34,932 nt of DNA from Proteromonas lacertae (Eukaryota): positions 1-34,932 of the forward strand of contig NGBS01000356.1 of assembly GCA_002245135.1 (NCBI GenBank). Reading direction: 5' to 3'. Made by a program: the position numbers and the translations under genes. This document shows, in pieces, positions 21,301 through 30,960 of this stretch. The notes beneath the pieces were generated by a model. The model saw nothing but the letters and a program-made list of their open reading frames with translations, made no database searches and was not told where the DNA came from. How positions within the stretch are numbered: position 1 is the first letter of the stretch; the number at the start of each line of letters is the position of its first letter.

Positions 21301-23205
21301 AATCTTGAATCTCAACAAACTTCTTTACTAGTTGCATCTCCAAATCTTGTGGATCTTGCTGCAATTCCAATTTTCCGAAGAATGTTTCTTCGCTGATGAT
21401 TTCAGGGTACCTGGAACTTAAGTGAATGCACCAACTGCTGAGGATATGTTTTTTAAACGCTCCTTTGGCTCCAGGTATTACTTCAGAAGGATCTATTGGT
21501 ACTTGTACAACTTCTGTATCCCAGTATAATACTACAGGAATCATTTGTTGGTATTTGAAATTATGAAACTTGATGAAGGTGGAAATTGACGAATGATTCC
21601 TTTTTGTAATTGACAATTCTCTTTCTGATGTTGAATTATCATATCAGCTGTTGATAAAGTACAGAAACAATACTGGCATCTGGTATAATAATTATGACAC
21701 CTTTTACCAGAAGGTGATAGGAAGGCTTCTAACTTTGTTATTACCATATAATGATCTTTGTATATTGACAAGTTCACATGAGGCCAGTGTTTTCTTTTAT
21801 CTATGTTGGTAACGTATAAAGGTATTGGTTCATTCTGGTCTATTGTAAATATATTGATAGTAATATGATTCAGCTGTTCAAACTCATCAATTCTGTCACT
21901 ATCATTAATTGCATCTACTGGAAACCTTAAACTACTTACATCCATTAAGTCTACATACTGTTTGTATTTCATTGCTCTGTTACGGTGGTCTTTGAACTCT
22001 ATATAGTGTAAACCAGCTGCCACGCTAAATAAAAAGCACATATTCTTACATTCTTCACTATATCTTACTAAATTAATAACGCACTTTCTATTGTTGAGGC
22101 TTGCTGGTAACTTTATGTTATCATCTTCTGTAGAGGATCCAGCAGCCATTGAACTTTTCATCAGTATCATCTCTACCTTCTTAATATATCTGAACTTTAA
22201 TTCAGATCTTTCAGTGTTGAAAATTGAACCTAAATCTCTAATCATGGCATTGTTTAACTTTGAACCAATTGTACCTAACTCTTGAGAAGTTATAATTTCT
22301 GGCGCTGTTTCGAATGTTTTGTAACAACTTACTTGTGCATTGGCTGGTTCATCGGATCCTATATAACCTACTCTGAATCTGAAATACACTTTTATATAAG
22401 AAAATTTCTTCTCATTTATGTAGTTACGTATGGTAACCATAAAATCACTTGATGCATTGCAGATTTTTGTAAATAAATCCTCAGGTTTCTTTCCATCTTC
22501 TTCATTTATAATCTTCTCGTAGGTACGTTCGTAGTCTCTACTACTTCTCTCTACAAGTTGTAACAAACTTACTCTTTCAGGATGTGACATTGTTTTCAAC
22601 TGCTCTGGATGATTATCAACAACATCCAGAGCAATCATTTCTTCCTGTAGCTGCCTTCTTCTTTCAACATCTGTAGTTGATTGAGGATGTATTTCAGGAA
22701 TTGGTCCATCATTAATTGGTGAAAGTGTTGGTGGATCTTCAGGAGGAGGTGTATCTAGTAATAAATCATCTGGGATTTCTGATAATCGTTGTATTTTTGG
22801 AGGTGGAGGAGGTGGCTGATCAATTACAATTGAAGATGTTGTTCTTCTTCTTGGTGTTATGAAACTAGTTTCATTAGTACTTCTAGTAGTGTTTGATTGC
22901 TGTTGTTGTTGTTGCTGCTGCTGCTGAGGTTGTTGTGGATGTTGATTTAATGATCCTACATAATATGGTGGAGGATAGTAATAGGATGGTGGTGGTGGGA
23001 TAGCTGGAGTAAAATAAGGGTTCATCCAGGGATTAAAATAACTTTGTGGCAACATTGGAATCTGATTTGCTTGACTATTGCCTTGAATAGGCATAGAAGT
23101 ACTTGGAGACTGGTAATACCACGGATTAAACCAAGGAGGATAGCTGGATACATTAGAACCTATAAAACGAGAAAGATATAAATATACCCAATAAAATAAC
23201 TCCAA
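18302..23205 (-). pseudogene. polB: Protein-primed DNA polymerase B, copy B (frameshift at ~21580; in-frame TAA at 19049-19051)
   Basis: ORFs 21541-23205, 19049-21616 and 18302-18982 carry all exonuclease and polymerase motifs. VNNED*FLKCVSNPYFTGFVSIDGCDLR reads in frame across the stop. Confidence 0.93.
23160..23187 (-). other. Probable tiny intron (28 nt) at the 5' end of polB copy B
   Basis: GTATATTTATATCTTTCTCGTTTTATAG has the same length and ends as the other introns; probably in the 5' UTR. Confidence 0.5.
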
Positions 23206-23234
23206 ATGTATTAATATGATTTGCTAATTGAAAT

Positions 23235-23295
23235 TCCTTGATAATCAAGGAGTTGTAATAATATAGTTAAATTTTTTCTTTGATTATCAAAGAAA
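23235..23295. promoter_or_regulatory. Two related dyad sites TTGAT-W-ATCAA in a divergent intergenic region
   Basis: TCCTTGATAATCAAGGA (23235-23251) and TTTCTTTGATTATCAAAGAAA (23275-23295). Confidence 0.6.
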
Positions 23296-23381
23296 TAATT
23301 AACTTTACTTTTAATTTATTGTTTTTTGATTATTTTGAGCTATGAAGGACTCAGCTATGAAGGAAACGAGTCTTAGATGAA

Positions 23382-23795
23382 TTGAAATCAGATATTAACA
23401 AATATGATAAATTCACCAGTTTATTAGAAGGTACTTTTGCTAAGGATATTGCTAAAATCGAATTCAGTTTATATCAATCATATTTGCAAGATATTAGTGA
23501 AAGATTTCAAAATATTGTTACAGAGCACAAACGTATCAAAAACTACAGTGATAAAACATTTATATTGGCAAGGCGTAATTTTATTTTAAACCAATTGTTG
23601 CGGATAGAAAATAGATCCGATAATTACATAAAGATGCTTGAACTCCATATAAAGTGGAACATGAAACAGTAGTTACAACACCTTATTAATGAGATCCACT
23701 TATTTAGTATAATTTTAAAACAACAGAAAGCAAATGAAGAAAGGGAATTCAATAAAATGAATTACCTTAAGAAATGGCACCACCATATTCACTAA
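23382..23795 (+). pseudogene. Hypothetical helical protein with in-frame TAG at 23670-23672
   Basis: Frame continues MKQ*LQHLINEIHLF...KKWHHHIH to TAA at 23795. The nearby ATG (23356) is out of frame. Confidence 0.45.
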
Positions 23796-23879
23796 TTGAT
23801 TGATTATATAATAATTGATTGATTTGTTTTTATTAAAAAGGGTTTTTTAAAAATAACATAAAAAATCCATAACCGATTC

Positions 23880-23955
23880 TTCTTTTTTTTCACTTCCTTA
23901 CTTAGGGAAAGTGAAGTCGATCACTTTTCTCTAGGTAAATAAGTGAAAAAAAGAA
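23880..23955 (+). repeat. Long imperfect hairpin, loop AGTCGA
   Basis: TTCTTTTTTTTCACTT-CC-TTACTTA-GGGAAAGTGA / TCACTTTTCT-C-TAGGTAA-AT-AAGTGAAAAAAAGAA, with G-U pairs on the + strand. Confidence 0.8.
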
Positions 23956-24042
23956 AGGGAAAGTGAAAACGAGTCTTAGGTGGTGTATATGGCCTTCCTA
24001 AGCTTTATATCAGTCTCTATAACATAATTGAACAAATGTTTA

Positions 24043-24106
24043 CAACGGACGGCAGTTACACCGTCAGTTATGTAACTGACATGTAACGGATTCATAACGA
24101 CCGTTA
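24043..24106. promoter_or_regulatory. Cluster of six YAACKG (Myb-consensus) hexamers
   Basis: CAACGG 24043, CAGTTA 24053, CAGTTA 24065, TAACTG 24073, TAACGG 24084, CCGTTA 24101; near-match TAACGA 24095. Confidence 0.6.
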
Positions 24107-24178
24107 AAACCATAGTACAAATCAATGGTTATTGAATAAAATGAAAAATAAGAAAAATGAAACGAATATATGAATTTT

Positions 24179-24221
24179 AGCCTCGGGTCTAGTGTCAAGC
24201 CTCTGGGTCTAACGTCAAGCC
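24179..24221 (+). repeat. Imperfect ~20-bp GC-rich tandem duplication
   Basis: AGCCTCGGGTCTAGTGTCA followed by AGCCTCTGGGTCTAACGTCA and AGCC. Confidence 0.8.
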
Positions 24222-24255
24222 ATTTTGAGTCTGTAGCCCTTAATATATATTATTA

Positions 24256-25500
24256 TTATCCTACACTATAAACTGGAATATCTCGCAAATCCACACCTTC
24301 AAATTCTAATGCTTTATTCTTTTTACTAAACATTATTTCTAAATGATTCTTTTCTTTACCAATATCTGTTAATAAACAAGAATGAATAAGTGGATATTCT
24401 GATTTATCTTTTATTTTTAATCCAAATAATATTCCATTATATTTATATCCAATTGACATTTTCATTTTTTCACTCTTTACTGTAATTTCACATTTATAAA
24501 ATCTCCCTATTTTACTTATAGGAGTCAATTCTATATTATTGTTTTCTTTAGCATCTAACAGTAAGTTTTCATTATGGAATATTATATCCCATTTATCTGT
24601 GTGAAGTAATATTGATTCTTCTTCTATATTATTTGGGATTATGTAAAATGATATTTCTATTTCTTCTGTATATATATATATATACTAAATATCAAACACT
24701 TTGTCAATGAATCTCTAACTATATTCCATGTAATTTCTGCATTATAAGCTAATAGAAAATCATTCTTCCAATAACATTCTTCATCATTACAAAACAGAAG
24801 ATTCACTTTCATTATTTTATCCTATTACAACAGTTATATATGTATGTATATATACATCTTTATTTCTATAATAATAATAATCATTCAGTTGATATGCTGA
24901 TATTTCTCTTTCTGTTATTTTTATTTTTTTGATATTTACTTTCTTATCACTATAATGAATATGTAACAACTTCTCATCGTTAACATATATCCCACTTATG
25001 CCATTATCTATATTTGTTGAACGAAAACTTGCTTCTTTTGATAATTTATTTGTTTTGAACTTGTCAATAATCATTTTATAACTGTTTGGTGATAAATAAT
25101 AAGATAAATGTGAAATAATTGATCCTATAACAGCCTTTAAAGAAAAACTAATTGTTCCATCCTTTCGCGAGATTTCTATTCTAAAATATATTATTATTTT
25201 ACTTCAATACACATAATTTAAAAAATCAATTAACTCAAACAATAAACAATGAGGAAATGGGAAAGGAGATTGCAGTAGAAAGTCAATCATAGCATAATAT
25301 TTCTCAGTCTTTGGAATATTCTCATATTTCATATTTTGTAACTCCTTAATCTTCCTATAGACATATTTACTAACAGATTTAACATATATTTCAAATAATT
25401 CTATTTGCTTATATTCTTCACACTTCATAATTAAATTTTCAAAGTAATCCAGTAATTTTTCTTCATCTTCTGATTTTGTATATTCCAAAACCTTTTCCAA
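24256..25500 (-). CDS. Multi-exon hypothetical protein joining three ORF-track ORFs (5' exon unresolved)
   Basis: Introns 25181-25210 (30 nt, GTATT..TAG), 24822-24855 (34 nt, GTATA..TAG) and a less certain 24666-24685 (20 nt, GTATA..CAG) give one continuous frame. Confidence 0.65.
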
Positions 25501-25567
25501 AGTAATGGAAACTAATCAGTACATCATACATATAATGTGATAATATATATGTATAACCGTAAGAATA

Positions 25568-25683
25568 TCACTGTAGCTGGGTAGCCCGTACCAGACTATT
25601 CTTAGGTGCCTTCTACAGGTAAGAATAAGCGATTTGAGTGTGAATTAGTTTTTGGTACGGGTTATACTGGAGGAAGCGGTGAG
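25568..25683 (+). ncRNA. Candidate structured RNA (~115 nt), unassigned
   Basis: Nested stems TCACTGT/GCGGTGA, GTAGCCCGTACCAGA/TTTGGTACGGGTTAT and TATTCTTA/TAAGAATA, with several G-U pairs. GC-richer than its flanks. Confidence 0.5.
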
Positions 25684-25809
25684 TTTAAATTTCTTTATAT
25701 ATTTTTGCGTATGAGTAATTTTATGGGTTAAAATTTTTTCTTTTGTTTTTTGTATATAATTTCATTTAACTTTTTTTTATTGTTATTTATCAATCATAAT
25801 TTCAAAAAA

Positions 25810-26163
25810 ATGTCAAGAATTTGGATCGAGAATGTTAATATAGAAGATAGAAGTAAGCGTGAAGATGAAGACTTTGAAAGAATCTATGCAATCATTGAAA
25901 GTGAAGTAGCTAGAATAGTTGCTCAACCACCACCACCATCACCTCCAGTAGTAATGTGGTATACATCTGATACAGCTGATGAGGATGACAGAAAGTATGA
26001 AGAATGGCGTGCAATTCATAAACCAACTAGAGTAGCACAAGCAACCATACGTCCTAGAAAATGGATTGATCCTGAAGAAGAGCGCAGAAAAACAAAGATG
26101 TTAAAGCGTTATGGCATTGATGAAAAGAACATCATTGAAGAAAGACTAAGATTTCATAACTAA
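25810..26163 (+). CDS. Hypothetical charged protein with Pro tract
   Basis: ATG at 25810 after an A-run; MSRIWIENV...RLRFHN. Confidence 0.65.
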   Translation: MSRIWIENVNIEDRSKREDEDFERIYAIIESEVARIVAQPPPPSPPVVMWYTSDTADEDDRKYEEWRAIHKPTRVAQATIRPRKWIDPEEERRKTKMLKRYGIDEKNIIEERLRFHN

Positions 26164-26290
26164 TTCTTAAATCATTGGTTTTAATTGAATTTTGTTTTTT
26201 GATTGGCTGAATTGAAATAAACATAATATTGCATAATTCTTTTCATTCATAAAATTCTTGCGATTTTTGAAATAATCTACATAAATTAAA

Positions 26291-26875
26291 ATGAGTGATA
26301 TACAAAACGAATTGGATGTTAATATTGAAAAACACTTACAAGAAGGTGAAATGTATGAGAATGATATGTCTGAAGTAAAATCATTAATTATTAAAGTATT
26401 TAAGGATATGTTGGATGGTATGTATTCTGTGATTGAAGAGTATGAAGATGATCCAGAATGGAGTGAACAACCAGGTGATGATATTGATATAACAATGGAA
26501 GAAGAAGAAGTGAAGGAAGAAAAACAAAGTGAATCTAAATCTAAAAAAAGAAAGGATATAACAAAGTCAGATTCAGATTCACAAGTATGTAGTACTTGTG
26601 GTAAGAAGAAAGCTAATGATGAATTTGGTTATAAGAGTGAAGGTGTATTCTATAAATCTTGTACAGAGTGTAGAAATAAGAAGAAGAGAAGATATGAAGA
26701 AGTAAAGAAAGGAAGTGATAATAGTGGAGAAGATAAGAAGCGTAAAGTAGAGAATAGTTCCACTGCCGAGGGTCGACCAAAGGTAGATATTGCTAAAGTA
26801 GAAACACCTACAAGTTCTATCCCGGGGGTAGCTACAGTAGATCTAACTACATCACCTACTTGTATAATTAATTAA
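26291..26875 (+). CDS. Acidic protein with C4 zinc ribbon
   Basis: CSTCGKKKANDEFGYKSEGVFYKSCTECRNKKKRR. Confidence 0.75.
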   Translation: MSDIQNELDVNIEKHLQEGEMYENDMSEVKSLIIKVFKDMLDGMYSVIEEYEDDPEWSEQPGDDIDITMEEEEVKEEKQSESKSKKRKDITKSDSDSQVCSTCGKKKANDEFGYKSEGVFYKSCTECRNKKKRRYEEVKKGSDNSGEDKKRKVENSSTAEGRPKVDIAKVETPTSSIPGVATVDLTTSPTCIIN

Positions 26876-26940
26876 CTTTTGGTTTAAAAATTCATTTTTA
26901 TATTTCTATGCGTTTTTATATATAAATAATTTCACATAAT

Positions 26941-27324
26941 ATGCCATATAATACATCTTTAGTTATGTTAGGTGATATGAAAGATACTTTAAATGGTTTG
27001 AAACAAGAACTGTATATTTTATTAGGTTGTGTAGTTCTATGGGTTCTTTATAAATGCAAGAGAATATGTGCATGGTGTTATCATAAAGCCTGTCCTCCAG
27101 AATTAAGTGAAATATTAGCTGAGCCAGAACCTGCTGTTCAATTAGCATTAAGAAAATCTACTATTGTTTCTGCTATTCCATTTACTTTAACACCTGAAAA
27201 TAGCAGAATAAATTCTAGAAATGCTAGTGATAATGAAGATGAAGAGCAATTAGAAACAGAAATAGAAATTATTCCTATTAATAAACCTGAGATTGAAATT
27301 CAAAAACCATTCATAAATATTTAA
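26941..27324 (+). CDS. Single-pass membrane protein with juxtamembrane Cys cluster
   Basis: LYILLGCVVLWVLY followed by KCKRICAWCYHKAC. Confidence 0.65.
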   Translation: MPYNTSLVMLGDMKDTLNGLKQELYILLGCVVLWVLYKCKRICAWCYHKACPPELSEILAEPEPAVQLALRKSTIVSAIPFTLTPENSRINSRNASDNEDEEQLETEIEIIPINKPEIEIQKPFINI

Positions 27325-27505
27325 TTTTATATATAGTCTTTTTTCGTATTTGATTTTTGAAAGTTATTTTTTTGTACCCCCTTAAAAAATTACATAAAGA
27401 AAAACCGTTTTTTTTCATTCACACTTTTCTTACTCATTTTCAGTATTTTATATTTTTCATTTTTTACTTTAATAGAAAATTAATTATTCAATCATTCAAT
27501 CAAAA

Positions 27506-28675
27506 ATGCCAGCAGACAGAGTCAAACAACCAACCAATTCAGAATTATGCTCCCAGCTTCCATTAAAGGGACAGGCTTATGAGTTCTATCAGAAAGTGAG
27601 TCGTAACATACAGCATTTAAAGTCATTTTGCGATGAAATGTATATTCAAAGTTTGGCTTATGATGACAGCAAAAAATCAAAGAAGAAGCAAAGTCCACCA
27701 CAATTCAACTATATCGAATTAGAGAAGTCAGCTACAGCAGTTTATTATTGCTTTTCATGTAAGTTTGATAATCAGAAGTTAATTCCCATCAAACATCTAG
27801 AGACATTAGATCAAAATGAGTATATGAATTTATACTTTAGTGACGATGAGATGAAGAGTATAGTAAAACCAAATGTAAAACCGATTAAACCTTTTATTCA
27901 ACCTCAGTTAAAACAGCAACAACCACAACAAGAACCACCACCACCAACTATACCTCAAAAACCTAAAAGAGTTTATAAAAGAAGAACTGATACTGTAAAG
28001 AAACCTAAAACAAAAGCAATTATTGATAGTGATGATGAATTAATTCATTTAAAGAAAAGAAAGATTGTTAAGGATTCTGATTTTGTTGACGAACCAATGG
28101 GTATAATTGTGAAAGATACTGAATCAAGAACATCTGCTGATGATTTATTAAGTAGCCAAAGTCCTACCTTTACACCTCCAATGTCACCAAGGTCTGATAC
28201 TACACTTCTTGATATTACTGATATTGATATTCTAGATGCTGAACTGAAGTATTTTAATGCTGAATTAACTAAAAAAGATGAAGAAAAACAAAAAGAGATA
28301 GAAGAGAAAATTAAACATCAAGATGCAGAGAGAAAGAAACAAGAAGATGAAGAAAAAAAGAAAAAACAACAAGAAGAAGAAAGAGTTAGAAAGGTACAAG
28401 AAGAAGCAGAGAGAAAAAGAAAACAAGAAGAAGCAGAAAAGAAAAGAAAAGAAGAATTAGTCGTTATTAGAATGCTTCAAGAAGAAGAGAATATGAGACA
28501 ACAAGAAGAGTTAAGAAAGAAATGGGTATTAGAACAAAAGAGACAAATGGAAGAAAAGATGAAAAAAGAAAACGATGAATTAGAAAAGAAAATGGAAGAA
28601 GAGTTTAAGAAGAGAATTGAAGAAGAGAAAAGAAAGAAAGCTGAAGAGTTTGAGAAGATGATGAAGAACTTATAA
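27506..28675 (+). CDS. Hypothetical protein with Pro/Gln linker and long E/K/R charged helix
   Basis: 389-aa ATG ORF; C-terminal third is EEEKKRK-type. Confidence 0.75.
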   Translation: MPADRVKQPTNSELCSQLPLKGQAYEFYQKVSRNIQHLKSFCDEMYIQSLAYDDSKKSKKKQSPPQFNYIELEKSATAVYYCFSCKFDNQKLIPIKHLETLDQNEYMNLYFSDDEMKSIVKPNVKPIKPFIQPQLKQQQPQQEPPPPTIPQKPKRVYKRRTDTVKKPKTKAIIDSDDELIHLKKRKIVKDSDFVDEPMGIIVKDTESRTSADDLLSSQSPTFTPPMSPRSDTTLLDITDIDILDAELKYFNAELTKKDEEKQKEIEEKIKHQDAERKKQEDEEKKKKQQEEERVRKVQEEAERKRKQEEAEKKRKEELVVIRMLQEEENMRQQEELRKKWVLEQKRQMEEKMKKENDELEKKMEEEFKKRIEEEKRKKAEEFEKMMKNL

Positions 28676-28813
28676 GTATTAATATATACTTTAAATTTGT
28701 CTGGTTTATGCTTTAATCCATATACTTGAAAAAGCACTTTGAATTCATTACTTTGATGAAAATTGGTGTTTGTTTTATATGTAAAAAATAACATAAATAA
28801 AAAACATAAAAAA

Positions 28814-29974
28814 TTATACGAAATCATTAAATAGCGAATTTTTCTTATATACTCTACCATATCTACTTTTTCTGCCTTCTGGCACTGGTTGAATATCTGG
28901 TTCTATAGGTTGTGCTTCATTATTTATACTATGAATTTGTCTTAATCTAAACTTACCATTTGTTGTAATACTATTAACAGGTACTCTTTTAATTTCATGA
29001 GATTTGAATCTATATGAACCTATATCTCTAGGATTGAATTCTTTAGGTATTGTTCCATCCAAGTTCTTAACAGAATATGAAAATGGTCCAACTTTGTGTA
29101 TTTGGTATACTTTATCAGTATAATAAGTAGTTTTTTGAAGTTTGTTATCTCTACGTTCTTTAATTCTGACAAAATCATCAGCTTTAAAATGAGTATCACT
29201 TTTACGCTTCTTTAAGTTTCTAGCATGTGATTCTTTATACAATCTATCTTGAACTTCAAAATCATTGAATACTTCATTTGGAGTTAGATTATTCAGCGCA
29301 GAATGTGGTTTTGCATTGTAATCATCTACAACAGTATATACTATATTACACAATGATTCAATATTGTTAATTTTATCAAATTCTTCATCAGAAAATGTAT
29401 TAATTTTTCTATAAAACATATCTTTAATAGTTCTCACACATCTATCCAATATTTTCATTATATTATGTTCATTACGTTCTTTAAGTATAAATCGTACATG
29501 ATTTTTGTTAAACAAATCTAAAAATTTCTTACCATAGATAATACCAGACTCTTCATCTGATAAAATACTCCCTACAAAACGAGCGTTTTCATCCTTAGGT
29601 TGCATACCCTGATAAAACCATTTTTCAAACACTGGATACACATCATTTTCTGATTTAGATTTAACATAATATATCCAGCACTTACGACTAACAACTTCTA
29701 TAATTAACAAAAATGGAACTTTTGTGTTGTTGAAAAACACCAAATCTATTTGATATGACCCAGGTAACTTTTCAATTTCATATTTAATTCTATTCCTTTT
29801 AGTTGCAGTGATTTGATAATCTGGTTTAGACTCTACAAGTTCACTACTAGCTTTTTTAATGTCAGATTTTTTAAAGTTATTCTCAAGTTCATTTACAGAG
29901 AAATTAATAAAGTCTCGTTTGTTTAAATAACCATATGTTTTGTATAACTCATTTATTTTATCTTGTAGTGACAT
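28814..29974 (-). CDS. Retroviral-type (rve) integrase, copy C (more divergent)
   Basis: PGSYQIDLVFF, IIEVVSRKCW, ILSDEESGI, ILDRCVRTIKD, YNAKPHSALNNLTPNEV and FKADDFVRIKER. Confidence 0.88.
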   Translation of the reverse strand: MSLQDKINELYKTYGYLNKRDFINFSVNELENNFKKSDIKKASSELVESKPDYQITATKRNRIKYEIEKLPGSYQIDLVFFNNTKVPFLLIIEVVSRKCWIYYVKSKSENDVYPVFEKWFYQGMQPKDENARFVGSILSDEESGIIYGKKFLDLFNKNHVRFILKERNEHNIMKILDRCVRTIKDMFYRKINTFSDEEFDKINNIESLCNIVYTVVDDYNAKPHSALNNLTPNEVFNDFEVQDRLYKESHARNLKKRKSDTHFKADDFVRIKERRDNKLQKTTYYTDKVYQIHKVGPFSYSVKNLDGTIPKEFNPRDIGSYRFKSHEIKRVPVNSITTNGKFRLRQIHSINNEAQPIEPDIQPVPEGRKSRYGRVYKKNSLFNDFV

Positions 29975-30041
29975 TCAAACAATATATATAAAAAATATGA
30001 ATGATATATATTTAAAGAATTAATGAATTAAAATAATTAAA

Positions 30042-30818
30042 TCATTCTTCTACCTCTCCCAAATCCTTATCACTTAAAGTGTTACCACCATTACCAAAGT
30101 TAATAACTTTAGCAGCACTAATAAAACCATTACTAATTACTTTTTTAGCAGGGAATGGTCTACGAGTACTAATTAAATCACTATCTTCTATCTTAGTTCT
30201 CTTAATTCTTGGAGGTGAAACAAATTTGTTTTGATTAGCTTGTTCTTTCTTAATTTTCTTCTCATTACTTCTTCTAATAGTTGTAGCTAAATCAGGATTT
30301 TCATCATAACCAACAATATCACTACAAACTCTATGATTAACAAAGTTTTGAGTACCATTACTCTTAATAGAGATTTGATTATCAACAACACTTACAGCAA
30401 TTTTACTACCAACATCAACATCAGATGGAACTCTATAGTTACTATTATCCCATATCATAATAGAATTGAAATTGTGGAAGTATTTAATACCATGTTGTGG
30501 TTCTCTACATCCTACACTAATCAAATATCCACGAATGATTTTTTCTATAAAGTCATTCTCGTTTCTATCATAAATTTGTTTCAATACATATTTCACTTCA
30601 TCAGCTGAATATGTTTCAAAATCTCTTCCATTATTAATTACAACTTTATGATCCAAATCATGAACAAAAGTAATCAATACATATTGACTAGTTTTAGTAG
30701 GCTTAACTGTAATACTCTCAACAGTTCCTTTAATAATCCACTTGTTACATAACTTTGGATTCTTGTAGTAATCACTGAATTCTACATCTGTAGCTTCATA
30801 GGGTGTTTCGTTACTCAT
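30042..30818 (-). CDS. Hypothetical protein, possible OB-fold ssDNA-binding protein
   Basis: WIIKGTVESITVKPTKTSQYVLITF and SIMIWD...VDVGSKIAVSV fit an OB beta-strand pattern. Lies between integrase C and polB C. Confidence 0.5.
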   Translation of the reverse strand: MSNETPYEATDVEFSDYYKNPKLCNKWIIKGTVESITVKPTKTSQYVLITFVHDLDHKVVINNGRDFETYSADEVKYVLKQIYDRNENDFIEKIIRGYLISVGCREPQHGIKYFHNFNSIMIWDNSNYRVPSDVDVGSKIAVSVVDNQISIKSNGTQNFVNHRVCSDIVGYDENPDLATTIRRSNEKKIKKEQANQNKFVSPPRIKRTKIEDSDLISTRRPFPAKKVISNGFISAAKVINFGNGGNTLSDKDLGEVEE

Positions 30819-30960
30819 TTTATATAAGGGAGAGATGAAAATAAAAAATGATAAAAAATGTCAAGAAAAATGAAAATGAAAATTTCTTTTTATTTTTAAA
30901 GTCGACCAATCAAATTTCATATTTCCATTTTTGATTTATTTCGTGAATTCTGTCTATATA

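Noticed and set aside
21570..21600. Programmed frameshift in polB copy B
   Set aside because: No slippery heptamer at the switch point, and alignment with copy A (FPDPETMISF) indicates loss of roughly 10 nt.
1..23205. Units A and B as terminal inverted repeats of one element
   Set aside because: They are inverted homologs but clearly diverged at protein and DNA level, whereas Polinton TIRs are near-identical and largely non-coding.
23238..23290. FNR box
   Set aside because: FNR needs TTGAT-N4-ATCAA; the spacer here is 1 nt and the context is eukaryotic.
14744..23672. Alternative genetic code (TAA/TAG=Gln or TGA=Trp/Sec) explaining in-frame stops
   Set aside because: All three stop types appear once each, homologous integrases A and B end at TAA at the same position, and long ORFs are otherwise stop-free with CAA/CAG and TGG in normal use.
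28767..28774. Blastocystis-type TGTTTGTT polyadenylation motif
   Set aside because: Only one clear instance noticed downstream of a gene; not enough to assign host or function.
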